The position numbers and the translations under genes are program-made. Under the pieces are notes generated by a model. It searched no databases. It saw only the letters and a program-made list of their open reading frames with translations, and had not been told where the DNA came from. Of a stretch of 52,540 nt of DNA, positions 28,253 through 37,797 are shown one piece after another; the first letter of the stretch is position 1; the number at the start of each line of letters is the position of its first letter. Source of the stretch: Gaiellaceae bacterium. Its GTDB lineage: Bacteria > Actinomycetota > Thermoleophilia > Gaiellales > Gaiellaceae. Location: the NCBI GenBank assembly GCA_041499745.1, contig JBGQKY010000001.1, forward strand, positions 1 to 52,540. The letters are read 5' to 3'.

Positions 28253-29860
28253 CTATGCAACGGGGTCGCCGCGCAGAGCGACGACCACTGCGGTCACCCA
28301 GGCGGCGGCAACGAGCGGAGCGGCTGCCGCGGCGGGCACGGCGAGCAGGGAGAGGGCGATCATCGCGCCTCCGGCCCAGGCGGCTCCCCAGCGCCCGCGG
28401 GCCCGCGCAAAAGGCAATGCGAGGGCGAGCGCAGCGAAGACGCAGGCCTCGACGGGAAGCGCCGGGTGGGCCGCCGCAGCCCGCGCGAGGGTGCCGGCGA
28501 CGTCGAGCGGGTCGTTCGAGCCGGCGACTCCGAGCCCGAGCGGGGGTAGCGCGCCTGTAAACGGGAGCGAGACCCCACGGATGCCGGCAACGAGCCCGGC
28601 GACGAGGACGGCCGCCGCCGCCTGGGCGGCGCGGCGCGGGCCTGCGCGAAGCCCGGACGCCGCGAGCGGGACGAGCCCGAGCGCACCGAACGGGGCGAGC
28701 AACGGCCCGATAGCGAAGAGGAGCCCGCCACGAGGCTCGCGCCAGCTGAGGACGACCCAGGCCGCGGCGACGAGGGTGTAGAGCACGGCGAGCCCGAGCG
28801 ACACGTTCCCGAGCGGCAGCACGGGGACGGCGAGGGCGACCACGAGGCCGAGCCGCTCGCGCAGCACCGTGACGACCGCCGCCGCGAGCCCGAGCCCGAC
28901 GGCCCAGCCGCTCGGATAGAACGGCAGCTCGGCCGCCGTCCAGCCGGCGTAGCCGGCCGCAAGGAGCGCAGCGCCGGCGCGGCTCGCCTGCGCGGGCATC
29001 GCGAGCCCGCCGATGCGCGATCGCCTTTTCCGGCTCGGAGCCGCGGCACCGCGAAGCGCGTACGCAAGCTCGGCGGCTGCCGGCCGCCGACCCGGGCTCA
29101 GCGAGAGCGTGCGGTCGACGAGGTGGAGCAGCCCTTTCGGCAGGTCCGGCCGCAGCTCCGCGAGCGAGACGGCGCCCTGCTCGATCGCACGCGCCGTGTC
29201 GAGCATCGAGGTCTGCCAGAACGGGTGGCGGCCCGCGAGCGACTCCCAAAGCATCACGCCGACCGCCCAGACGTCCGACGCCTCACTCGCGTCGTCGCCT
29301 GCGAGCCGCTCGGGAGCGATGTACGCGAGCGTCCCGGGCACGTCGCCCTGCGCCGTCAGCGTCTCGGCCTCGGCCATGCGCGCGAGCCCGAAGTCGAGCA
29401 GCCGCACGGATACACGCTCGCCGTCTGCGAGGAGCACGTTCGACGGTTTCACGTCGCGGTGGAGGATCCCGGCCGCGTGCGCATGCGCGAGGCCTTCGCA
29501 GATCTGGGCGCAGGCCTCGATCGCGGCGGCGTCGTTCAGCTCCCCCGCGCGAATCGCTTCTCGAAAGGTGCGCCCCGGCACGAACTCGTAGGCGATGTAG
29601 ACGTGGCGGGAGTCACGGGCGAACGAGTACGCGCGCAGGCAGCTCGGGTGCCGCAGGCGGGCCGCAGCGGCCGCCTCCCGCTCCGCGCGCGCGGCGGCCT
29701 TCCCTTCGCGGGCGACGATCTTGAGCGCGACGTCCAGCCCGGTCCGTTCGTCGCGGGCGAGCCAGACCGACCCCGAGCCGCCGCTTCCGAGCGGGCGCAA
29801 GGGGCGGTATCGATCGAGGACGAGCCCGGCGCCTTCGAGCGCGAGAGCAGCATCGGACAT
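28253..29860 (-). CDS. Ser/Thr protein kinase fused to a polytopic (multi-TM) C-terminal domain
   Basis: GSGGSGSVWLA, HRDVKPSNVLL, DFGLAR, GTLAYIAPE. The following ~250 aa are Ala/Leu/Gly-rich hydrophobic segments consistent with several TM helices. Confidence 0.8.
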   Translation of the reverse strand: MSDAALALEGAGLVLDRYRPLRPLGSGGSGSVWLARDERTGLDVALKIVAREGKAAARAEREAAAAARLRHPSCLRAYSFARDSRHVYIAYEFVPGRTFREAIRAGELNDAAAIEACAQICEGLAHAHAAGILHRDVKPSNVLLADGERVSVRLLDFGLARMAEAETLTAQGDVPGTLAYIAPERLAGDDASEASDVWAVGVMLWESLAGRHPFWQTSMLDTARAIEQGAVSLAELRPDLPKGLLHLVDRTLSLSPGRRPAAAELAYALRGAAAPSRKRRSRIGGLAMPAQASRAGAALLAAGYAGWTAAELPFYPSGWAVGLGLAAAVVTVLRERLGLVVALAVPVLPLGNVSLGLAVLYTLVAAAWVVLSWREPRGGLLFAIGPLLAPFGALGLVPLAASGLRAGPRRAAQAAAAVLVAGLVAGIRGVSLPFTGALPPLGLGVAGSNDPLDVAGTLARAAAAHPALPVEACVFAALALALPFARARGRWGAAWAGGAMIALSLLAVPAAAAAPLVAAAWVTAVVVALRGDPVA

Positions 29861-29959
29861 GGGTCAGAACTGGTTGGCGGCCGGAGGGTTGTTTCCTCTC
29901 TGGGCGAAGCCCCGCAGTACAGTCTGCGGTGCCCCCCGGCTATCGGATCGTGTGACGGC

Positions 29960-31132
29960 ATGAGTACCCACGACGACGACCACATCGAGTTCGACTTCTT
30001 CGACGAGCCCGAGACGGCCGAGGCGACGCAGCGGCGGCGCCTTCCCCGGCTCGACCGTTCCGGGACTCGCGGCGGCGGCGGCGACGAGCGGCCGCCGAGA
30101 CCGCCGCTGCGCGCGCCGACCGGCCTCGTTCCGCTCGCCCGCCTCGTCGGCCTGATCGCGCTTGCAATCGCGATCGTCCTCGGCCTCGTCTTCTGGGTCG
30201 GGTCTTGCCGGGGAAAGAGCAAGCACGACGAGTACCAGGCGTACGCCGCCAAGGTGAAGGCGATCGCCTCCGCAGACGACGCTCTCGGAGCCAAGTTCGC
30301 GAGCAAGCTCGTCTCGTCCGTGAAGCAATCCGATCTCGTGACGACGCTCCAGCAGTACGCGCAGCGGGAGCAGCAGGCGTACCTCCAGGCACAGCAGATC
30401 CGCGCGCCGGGCCCGCTGCGCACGCTCCACCTGAACCTGGTCGACGCAATCGAGCTGCGGGCGAAGGGCCTTACCGGTCTCGCCGACGAGCTCGCCCGCG
30501 CGAGCGCGTCGAAGAACAAGACGGACACGGCCGCGAACCTCACGACGCAGGCTCAGCTCCTGACGGCGAGCGACGTCGTCTGGGAGCAGCTCTATCGGCT
30601 CCCCGCAAAGGATCGCTTGACGGAGAAGGCCGTCACCGGAGTTGTGATCCCGGGGTCGATCTTCGTCAAGAACCCCGACCTCGTGAGCGCGCGCTCGTTC
30701 ACGCTGGCGATGCAGCGACTGTCCGGCGTCGCGTCGACGGGCGGCACGCCGAGCGGAAAGCACGGTGACGGCGTCGTCTCCGTGAAGGTCCTGCCGCAGG
30801 GCGACGTGCTGTCCGCGACCTCGGCCACGACGATCAAAGTGTCCGCCGACCTCGCCTTCGCCGTGACGGTCGAGGACTCCGGCGATTTCCAGGAGGTCAA
30901 CGTCCCGGTGACGCTGACGATCACCGCGGGCGGCAAGCCGATCAAGAAGCGCGAGACCGTCCAGCTCATCCAGCCGGCCGAGCAGAGGACTGTGACCTTC
31001 AAGAAGTTCGACGTCCCGCCGTCGGCGTTCGGCAACCAGGCGAAGGTGACGGTGTTCGTGGCGCCCGTGAACGGCGAGGTCAACATGTCGAACAACACGG
31101 CGACCTACACGGTCTTCTTCACCCTGAGTTAG
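29960..31132 (+). CDS. Single-pass membrane protein of unknown function (extracellular part ends in an Ig/CARDB-like segment)
   Basis: ATG at 29960. Acidic then Arg-rich N-terminus, TM LVGLIALAIAIVLGLVFWV. C-terminal ..FQEVNVPVTLTITAGG..RTVTFKKFDVP..VTVFVAPVNGEVNMSNNTATYTV. The 669-aa track ORF is an over-extension. Confidence 0.55.
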   Translation: MSTHDDDHIEFDFFDEPETAEATQRRRLPRLDRSGTRGGGGDERPPRPPLRAPTGLVPLARLVGLIALAIAIVLGLVFWVGSCRGKSKHDEYQAYAAKVKAIASADDALGAKFASKLVSSVKQSDLVTTLQQYAQREQQAYLQAQQIRAPGPLRTLHLNLVDAIELRAKGLTGLADELARASASKNKTDTAANLTTQAQLLTASDVVWEQLYRLPAKDRLTEKAVTGVVIPGSIFVKNPDLVSARSFTLAMQRLSGVASTGGTPSGKHGDGVVSVKVLPQGDVLSATSATTIKVSADLAFAVTVEDSGDFQEVNVPVTLTITAGGKPIKKRETVQLIQPAEQRTVTFKKFDVPPSAFGNQAKVTVFVAPVNGEVNMSNNTATYTVFFTLS

Positions 31133-31147
31133 GGCCGGGTGCACTAA

Positions 31148-31630
31148 ATGCACCTGAGCGCCTCGGCCGCCGGCTGGATCGCGATCGGCGCCGCCGCGCT
31201 CGCGGCCGGCGCGCTCCTGCTCGCGCTCGGCCACTGGCTCGCCCTCCGGCGCGTCCGGCGCGCACAGCTCGTGCTTCTCGGCAGCGGGGCCTCCGACATC
31301 GTGGACTTCGCCGTCTCGCTCCAGGGCCGGATCGACGATCTGCACCGCGCCGTCGACGGCGCGATCGCGGGTCTCGAACGGGTCGACCGGCGCGTCGACG
31401 ACACGGTCTCGAAGACCGCGATCGTCCGCTACGACGCCTACGAGAACTCCGGCGGCCACCAGTCGGCTTCGGTCGCGATGCTCGACGCCTCGCGCAGCGG
31501 CGTCGTCCTGAGCGCCATCCAGGGCCGGGACTACGCCCGGATCTACGTGAAGGAGATCGACCGGGGCCATGCCTCGATCGCCCTCTCTCCCGAGGAGCTC
31601 GAGGCCGTAGAGCGCGCGATGGCCTCTTGA
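31148..31630 (+). CDS. DUF4446-family membrane protein
   Basis: N-terminal TM plus ..IVRYDAYENSGGHQSASVAMLDASRSGVVLSAIQGRDYARIYVKEI.., which I recall as characteristic of DUF4446. Confidence 0.6.
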   Translation: MHLSASAAGWIAIGAAALAAGALLLALGHWLALRRVRRAQLVLLGSGASDIVDFAVSLQGRIDDLHRAVDGAIAGLERVDRRVDDTVSKTAIVRYDAYENSGGHQSASVAMLDASRSGVVLSAIQGRDYARIYVKEIDRGHASIALSPEELEAVERAMAS

Positions 31631-31673
31631 TCGAGGTTGAAAATCAGGTGCTGCTGCTATTTTCTGTCCCAAG

Positions 31674-32195
31674 GTGCAGCAGGTTCTCGTCCTGAACGCC
31701 AGTTACGAGCCGCTGAATGTGTGCACGGTTCGGCGTGCCCACGTGCTGCTCTACAAGGGAAAAGCGGAGGTGGTCGAGAAGCTTGACCAGCCCCTCCGGT
31801 CGGCCACGGGCAGCTTCGTCTGGCCCCACGTGATCCGGCTCGTCCACTACGTCCGGGTGCCCCGGGCGATCCAGCGGAAGATCTCGCGCCGGGCTCTCTT
31901 CGCCCGCGACGGGTGGCGCTGCGTCTACTGCGGCACCTCGAACGGGCGGCTGACCCTCGACCACGTCGTGCCCCGCTCGAAGGGCGGCGAGTCGATCTGG
32001 GAGAACGTCGTCACCGCCTGTGCCCCGTGCAACCTCCGGAAGGGCGACCGTGCGCTCGAGCAGGTCGGCATGGTCTTACGGACCCAGCCGCGGCCGCCGC
32101 AGCCGGTGCTCTTCATCAAGCTCGCCGCGCCCCGGATCCCGCACGGCTGGACGCCGTACCTCCGCGACATCGGCACCGCCACCGCCACCGCATAG
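31674..32195 (+). CDS. HNH endonuclease-family protein
   Basis: GTG start. ..RDGWRCVYCG....LTLDHVVPRSKGGESIWENVVTACAPCNLRKG. Confidence 0.75.
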   Translation: MQQVLVLNASYEPLNVCTVRRAHVLLYKGKAEVVEKLDQPLRSATGSFVWPHVIRLVHYVRVPRAIQRKISRRALFARDGWRCVYCGTSNGRLTLDHVVPRSKGGESIWENVVTACAPCNLRKGDRALEQVGMVLRTQPRPPQPVLFIKLAAPRIPHGWTPYLRDIGTATATA

Positions 32196-32240
32196 CCAAA
32201 GTCATGTGACGATCCGGCCGGTCGGCGCCGTATCACTTGC

Positions 32241-32948
32241 ATGATGCGACTCCGTTGGATCCTCCTCCTTGCCGCCCTGCTGCTCGCCGCCTCCGCAATC
32301 GCGGGCGTCGCCCAGCCGCGGTTCGGCCACGCTGCCGATACATCCTCGAAGAAGACGATCACGGTCACCGGCTCCGGCAAGGTGATCACCGTCCCCGACC
32401 GGGCCTCGTTCGACTTCACCGTCGAGACGCGCGCCGACACCGCCAAGGCGGCCCTGGCGAGAAACGCCGCCGAGGCGGCCGCCGTCATCGCCGCCGTGAA
32501 GGCCACCGGCGTCCCCGCCGCGGACGTCCAGACGAGCCAGGTCTACCTCTCGCCGCAGACGAACCCCGACGGCACCCAGATCGTGGGCTACATCGCCTCG
32601 AACTCGATCTCCGTGAAGACGACAATCGCCAAGGCCGGCGGGCTCGTCGACGCCGCCGTCGGCGCCGGAGCCGGCGGGGTATCCGGCCCGATGCTCTCAC
32701 GCTCCGACGAGGACGCTCTCTACCGGGACGCGCTGAAGAACGCTGTCGCGGACGCCAAGAGCAAGGCAGAGGCGCTGGCCTCGGCGGCCGGGCTCAGCCT
32801 CGGCGGTGCGCAGGTGATCGTCGAGGGGTCGCAGTCCTCCCCGCCGATCATGTACGCCCAGAAGGCCGACGCTGCCGCCTCGGTGCCGATCGAGCCGGGG
32901 ACGCAGACGACCGAGGCCACGGTCACGGTCACCTACAACGCGGGCTAG
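32241..32948 (+). CDS. SIMPL/DUF541-domain secreted protein
   Basis: Signal peptide. ..ITVTGSGKVITVPDRASFDFTVETRADTAKAALARNAAE.., C-terminal ..IEPGTQTTEATVTVTY. Confidence 0.65.
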   Translation: MMRLRWILLLAALLLAASAIAGVAQPRFGHAADTSSKKTITVTGSGKVITVPDRASFDFTVETRADTAKAALARNAAEAAAVIAAVKATGVPAADVQTSQVYLSPQTNPDGTQIVGYIASNSISVKTTIAKAGGLVDAAVGAGAGGVSGPMLSRSDEDALYRDALKNAVADAKSKAEALASAAGLSLGGAQVIVEGSQSSPPIMYAQKADAAASVPIEPGTQTTEATVTVTYNAG

Positions 32949-33646
32949 CCGCGCTCGAGCGGTAGTCCGCGCGAGCTCCACTCGCTCCACGAGCCGGGAT
33001 AGAGCTTTCCCTCCCGGCCGTGGAGCGAAGCGCGGTGGAGCACGACGCAGGCGGTGATGCCCGAGCCGCAGTAGGCGACGAGCTCGCCCGCCGGCAGGTC
33101 CCGCAGCGGCTCGGCCCACGGCGCGTTCAGCGCGCCCGGGATGCGGCCCGGCGGGTCGTCCAGTGGGTTCGGCTCGCCTCGCCAGCGGCTCGGTGTCCGC
33201 GCGTCGACGAGCACGCGCGGCGCTCCGTCGAGGAGCTGCTCCGCCGAGACGACGTCGTCTGCCCGCTCGCGCGGGACGAGCTCCGCGCGCTCGATCTGCT
33301 CCTCGCCGCTTCGCAGCGGCCCTCCCCAGGCGTCGAGACCGCCGAGGAGCACGGCGCAGTCGTCGTGTCCGACGTGCCGCAGGAGCCACCACAGCCGCTC
33401 TGCGCCGCCCATCGTCCCGTAGGCGACCACGAACACGTCCTTGCCGATCCCCGCCCGGGAAGCGGCGCGCGCAAAGCGCTCCGCAGAGGGCAGGGGATGC
33501 CTTCCGGCGCCCTGCACCGAGAGATCCGACAGGTCCTCGTCCAGGTCGAGGAACGAGGCGCCGGGAATGTGGCCCGCGAGGTACTGCTCGCGGCCGTGCT
33601 CGGGGTGACCGAGCTCCCAACGGCAGTCGACGAACACGTAGCGCAC
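32945..33646 (-). CDS. Rhodanese-domain sulfurtransferase (SseA-like)
   Basis: ..GHIPGA..LD..HPLP.., active-site loop VAYCGSGITA, ..YPGSWSEW. Start uncertain: GTG 33646, and the ORF is open to 33784. Confidence 0.7.
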   Translation of the reverse strand: MRYVFVDCRWELGHPEHGREQYLAGHIPGASFLDLDEDLSDLSVQGAGRHPLPSAERFARAASRAGIGKDVFVVAYGTMGGAERLWWLLRHVGHDDCAVLLGGLDAWGGPLRSGEEQIERAELVPRERADDVVSAEQLLDGAPRVLVDARTPSRWRGEPNPLDDPPGRIPGALNAPWAEPLRDLPAGELVAYCGSGITACVVLHRASLHGREGKLYPGSWSEWSSRGLPLERG

Positions 33647-33708
33647 GGGGCCCGAGCGTAGCCGGGGATTGCGCTCCGTGGTGCTTGGGGAGTACAAAGC
33701 GCAGAGGA

Positions 33709-34764
33709 ATGGGTCGTCGCGTCTGGGTTGCAACCGGGATTCTCCTGGCCGTGGGTGGCACCGCCCTCTCGGCGGGCGGTGCATATGCGTACTTCTGGGA
33801 CGGCTCGCATGCCCACGCGATCGCAGAGGGTGTGCAGATCGCGGGCGTGGACGTCGGTGGCCTCCCGGCCGGCCGGGCGAGCCGGCTCCTGACCGCCCGC
33901 CTCGAGGAGCGCCTTCGGCAACCTGTCCGCCTCGTGTACGGCGGTCACCGCTTCATCATCCAGCCGACGAAGGCCGGCGTCCGCGTCGAAGTCGCCCGGA
34001 TGGTCGCCGCGGCGGTGCGCGCGAGCCGCGCGGGCGGGCTCATCCACCGCGTCGTGCGCGACGCCCGAGGTAAGCGGCTCGAGGAGTCGATCCCGATCAG
34101 TGCCGCGCTCTCTGCCGCGCGCGTCGAGACGCTCGTCGACAACGTCGCCCGTGTGATCGACCGTCCGGCGCGCAACGCGCGCATGGTGCCGAAGCCGCTG
34201 GCGACCGGACTGCGCGTCATTCCCTCGGAGCCGGGCCTCGCCGTGAAGCGTCCGCAACTCGAGCGCGCGCTCACGAGCGCGCTGCTTCGCGTCGACGGCT
34301 CGAGCACGCTCACAATCCCGACGCGCGCCGTGCATCCGCACTTGTGGACGTCGACGCTCGCGCGCCGTTACCACACGTACGTCCTCGTCAGCCGCGAGAC
34401 GTTCACGCTGCGCCTGTACAAGCACCTGAAGCTCGTGAAGACGTACCGGATCGCGGTCGGTCAGGCGGGCCTCGAGACGCCGGCCGGCGAGTACACGATC
34501 AACGACAAGCAGGTGAACCCGTCGTGGTACGTGCCGAACAGCCCGTGGGCCGGCTCACTGGCGGGCCGGATCATCCCGCCGGGCCCCGCAGATCCGATCA
34601 AGGCGCGCTGGCTCGGCTTCTACGCCGGCGCCGGCATCCACGGAACCGACGCGACGTGGTCGATCGGAACCGCAGCATCGCACGGCTGCATCCGGATGCT
34701 GATCCCCGACGTCGAAGATCTCTACGAGCGAGTGCCGCTGAACAGCCCCATTTACGTCGGCTGA
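33709..34764 (+). CDS. L,D-transpeptidase (YkuD domain) with N-terminal TM anchor
   Basis: ATG at 33709 after AGAGGA. ..YRIAVGQAGLETPAGEY.I..K..NPSW.. and catalytic GIHGT..WSIGTAASHGCIRM. Confidence 0.8.
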   Translation: MGRRVWVATGILLAVGGTALSAGGAYAYFWDGSHAHAIAEGVQIAGVDVGGLPAGRASRLLTARLEERLRQPVRLVYGGHRFIIQPTKAGVRVEVARMVAAAVRASRAGGLIHRVVRDARGKRLEESIPISAALSAARVETLVDNVARVIDRPARNARMVPKPLATGLRVIPSEPGLAVKRPQLERALTSALLRVDGSSTLTIPTRAVHPHLWTSTLARRYHTYVLVSRETFTLRLYKHLKLVKTYRIAVGQAGLETPAGEYTINDKQVNPSWYVPNSPWAGSLAGRIIPPGPADPIKARWLGFYAGAGIHGTDATWSIGTAASHGCIRMLIPDVEDLYERVPLNSPIYVG

Positions 34765-34765
34765 C

Positions 34766-35245
34766 CTAGCGCGCCCGGACGTGGGCGACGACCGCCTCGG
34801 CCGTCGTCGCCACTCCAAGCTTGTCGCGTGCAGACGCGAGCCGCCGATCGGCCGTGCGACGCGACAGGTGCAAGTCCTCCGCGACCTCGCCGAGCGTCTT
34901 CCCCTCCGCGAGCCGGTCGAGTAGCCGGGCCTCGTCCACGGTCAGCGTGGGGCCCGGGTGCGGCTCGGCGGTGCGATGATCGACGGAGCCGAGACGACGA
35001 AGGTCGTCGACCAGCCGGTCGATCACGTCGCGCGATGCAAGCGCGTGCACGACGAGGCCTGCGCCCGCGACGGCCGCAAGCAGCGCCTCGGCCGCGTCGG
35101 CGGCGTCGCGAACGGCGCCGGTGCACACAACCGACGCGTCGTTCCGCCACCCTTGCACGACGTGCGCCCCCAGACGCTCGACCTCGCCCAACGCGGCTGC
35201 CAACGCACGACCGGACGCTTCGACGACGACGTAGGAGCGACTCAC
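34766..35245 (-). CDS. Small LuxR/GerE-type HTH protein (unassigned N-terminal ~95 aa)
   Basis: C-terminal LTVDEARLLDRLAEGKTLGEVAEDLHLSRRTADRRLASARDKLG. The GTG start overlaps the LAL-regulator stop (GTGA). Confidence 0.65.
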   Translation of the reverse strand: MSRSYVVVEASGRALAAALGEVERLGAHVVQGWRNDASVVCTGAVRDAADAAEALLAAVAGAGLVVHALASRDVIDRLVDDLRRLGSVDHRTAEPHPGPTLTVDEARLLDRLAEGKTLGEVAEDLHLSRRTADRRLASARDKLGVATTAEAVVAHVRAR

Positions 35246-37779
35246 AGGCGCGCGGCGAGGGCCGCAGCCTGCGTGCGGTTCTTGGCCCCGAGCTTCTGCT
35301 GTGCCGAGCCGATGAGCCGGATGACCGTGGGACGCCCGAGCCCGAGCCGGCGCGCGATCTCCTGATTGGTCAGTCCCTTCGCGACGAGCTCGAGCACCTC
35401 CACCTCGCGGCCGGTCAGGTCACCGACGGTCGTCCTTTCGACCGCGCGGTGCACGCCCGTGAGGCGGAGCGACCTGCGGATCTTCCTGAGCAGAACGTTG
35501 AGCTGACGCTGCTCGACGTCTGCCTCGATCAGCAGCAATCGGCGCTGCGCTTCGTCGGGTTGTCCCGAACGCCTCAGCGATTCGGCGGCGGCCCAGCGAC
35601 AGCGGGCCGCCCCGCGGTCATGCCGTCCGTCCCAGATCTCCGCCGCGCGATCGAACAACGACGCTGCTCCGACAGCGTCGTCGCTGAAGAGCGCGACGAG
35701 TGCATCGACCTCGATCGGCCCGGCCTCGACGAGCGCGAACTGCGTGCCGTACACCTCTGTCGGGACGACTCCCTGCTCGAACTGCGCCCAGGCGCGCACG
35801 ACTCCGACGAAGGTCGACGCCCGGCCGAATCTCTCGAGATACGAGGCCGCGGCGTGCTCGGCCGCGTCGGGCCGGCCGGCGGCAAGATGGATGTCTGCGA
35901 GCGCCCACAGCGCGTCGCCGACTCCGTCGTTGTCTGCCGGAGCGTTCGCGACACGCGCCTCGACGTCCGAGCAGACCGCTTCGCCTCGACCGAGGTCGTT
36001 CATCGCCTGCCACCAGTAGAACTCGAGGAACTCGCGGTCCGCCGGCGCGATGGCTTCCGCGAGCACGGCCTCTGCCTCCGCGGCCGCGGTCGCGGGGTCG
36101 CCGAGGTGCCATGCGAAGCCCGCGTGGCTGGCGAGGAAGCCGCGCTCCCAGGCGAGCAGGCGCAGCGACCGCGCTCGCTCAACAGCCTCGAGGACGAGTT
36201 TGTCCGCCACTGCGGCTTCGCCTTCGAGCAGCAGTCCAAAGGTGAGGCTGCTCAAGACCGCGAACTCCAGCTCACTCGAACCCGCGCGGCGCGCGGCTGC
36301 CAGCGCGCGCTCCTGCGCCTCCCTCGCGCGCGGCTCGCCCGCGTACCTCCGCACGGATCCGAGCCTCGCATAGAGCTCCGCTATTTCCCGGCCGTCAGCC
36401 CCCGCCGAATCGGCGATGCGCGCGCCGTCCTCGGCGGCTGCGAGAGCAGCACGGTAGTCGCCGTCCCTGGCGGCGAGGCTCGCCTGCTGTGTAGCGATCC
36501 GGACCCTGAGGCGGACATCAGTGGTCCCGGCGTCAGCCGCGGCCGCGAGCTCTCGGCGGGCATCGTCGACGTGTATGAGCTCGAGGTGCGCCTGAGAGCG
36601 CAGGAGCGCGACCTCGGCAGCGAGGTCTGCGGCCGCAGGTCGCAGTGCCTCGACGAGGGCGAGCGCATCCGCGGGCTCACCGATTGCAATGAGCTCGCGG
36701 GCGGCGGCGGCGCGCAACGGTTCGCCGCGAGCACCGTCGACATTCGCGGCAGCCACGCCGAGGTGCGCGACCCGTTCGCCCGGAGTTGTGGCTCGTTCCG
36801 CGGCGAGCAGCGCCTTCTCGTGCGCGAGTGCACGCTCACCCGCGGCCGCGTGATGGCGCGCAGCTTCGCCGAGATCGTCCAGATCGGCCGCAACGCGCGA
36901 ATGGATGCGACGACGCACCTCGTCCGTCAGCGTCTCGATCGTCGCTTCGGCGAGCAGCGCGTGTCGAATCGCCACGTCGCCGTTCGCCGTCGCGAGGCCG
37001 GCGTCGACGATCTCCGCGGCACCGGCACCGAGCAGCCCGGGTGCGGCCGGCCTTCCGATCAGCGCGAGCGCGGCAATCGCATCACGTCCTTCGGGTGTGA
37101 GCGCACGCACGCGTGCGGCTACCGTCAGGCGAAGGCTGTCGCTCGTTTCCCCGGTCGCTCCAAGCTGCTCGAGCAAGAACGGGTTGCCGCCTGATCGCTC
37201 GACCAGCCGTTGGGTCGCGAGATCCGAGAGTCCGGGGTGGAGAGAGCGCGCAAGTCCCGCCGCGTCGGCATCGGAAAGTGGCTCCAGCGGCAGCAGCTCG
37301 AGGCCCGCCGCCGTCGCCCACTCGAGCGCCTTCGCCGTCCCGGGATCGCCGCGCCTCAGTACCGCAACCAGAGGAACGCGCTCAGCGAGCAGTGGCAGCA
37401 GCGACGCCGTCTGCGCGTCTGCCCACTGGAGGTCGTCCATGAGGAGGACGGAATCGCCGAGCTCGACCTCGACGGCGACGCCGACATACGCGGCGTCGCC
37501 GTCGAACTCGTGGCCGAACGCACGCCGTAGCGGCAGGTACGGAAGCCACGACAGCGTGGCGAGCGCGCCGGCCTCGACGAGCGGCTTCCCTCTCTGCGCC
37601 GCCGCCGAGCGCACGAGCGTCGTCTTGCCGACTCCGGCCTCGCCGAGCACGGCGACCGGCCGTCCCTCGTCGAGCCGGCCAACGAGGAGCGCGATCTCGC
37701 TCTCGCGCCCTACGAGCACCGCCCGATTGTCATACGGCGAAGCGATTGGTGCAAATGAACGATGAGCGCCCGCCCTCAC
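35242..37779 (-). CDS. Large ATP-binding LuxR-family (LAL/MalT-like STAND) transcriptional regulator
   Basis: N-terminal LVGRESEIALLVGRL..VAVLGEAGVGKTTLV (Walker A), a long helical/TPR-like middle, and C-terminal LTGREVEVLELVAKGLTNQEIARRLGLGRPTVIRLIGSAQQKLG. An alternative GTG start at 37719 would free more divergent promoter space. Confidence 0.8.
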   Translation of the reverse strand: MRAGAHRSFAPIASPYDNRAVLVGRESEIALLVGRLDEGRPVAVLGEAGVGKTTLVRSAAAQRGKPLVEAGALATLSWLPYLPLRRAFGHEFDGDAAYVGVAVEVELGDSVLLMDDLQWADAQTASLLPLLAERVPLVAVLRRGDPGTAKALEWATAAGLELLPLEPLSDADAAGLARSLHPGLSDLATQRLVERSGGNPFLLEQLGATGETSDSLRLTVAARVRALTPEGRDAIAALALIGRPAAPGLLGAGAAEIVDAGLATANGDVAIRHALLAEATIETLTDEVRRRIHSRVAADLDDLGEAARHHAAAGERALAHEKALLAAERATTPGERVAHLGVAAANVDGARGEPLRAAAARELIAIGEPADALALVEALRPAAADLAAEVALLRSQAHLELIHVDDARRELAAAADAGTTDVRLRVRIATQQASLAARDGDYRAALAAAEDGARIADSAGADGREIAELYARLGSVRRYAGEPRAREAQERALAAARRAGSSELEFAVLSSLTFGLLLEGEAAVADKLVLEAVERARSLRLLAWERGFLASHAGFAWHLGDPATAAAEAEAVLAEAIAPADREFLEFYWWQAMNDLGRGEAVCSDVEARVANAPADNDGVGDALWALADIHLAAGRPDAAEHAAASYLERFGRASTFVGVVRAWAQFEQGVVPTEVYGTQFALVEAGPIEVDALVALFSDDAVGAASLFDRAAEIWDGRHDRGAARCRWAAAESLRRSGQPDEAQRRLLLIEADVEQRQLNVLLRKIRRSLRLTGVHRAVERTTVGDLTGREVEVLELVAKGLTNQEIARRLGLGRPTVIRLIGSAQQKLGAKNRTQAAALAARL

Positions 37780-37797
37780 GCGGCGAATCTCGGCGCT

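Noticed and set aside
31148-32195. DUF4446 protein plus HNH endonuclease, considered as a restriction or defence pair.
   Set aside because: The HNH protein is small (173 aa) with no methyltransferase, ATPase, helicase or specificity partner nearby. The flanking genes are housekeeping. From memory this pairing is a conserved actinobacterial core arrangement, though I cannot verify that here.
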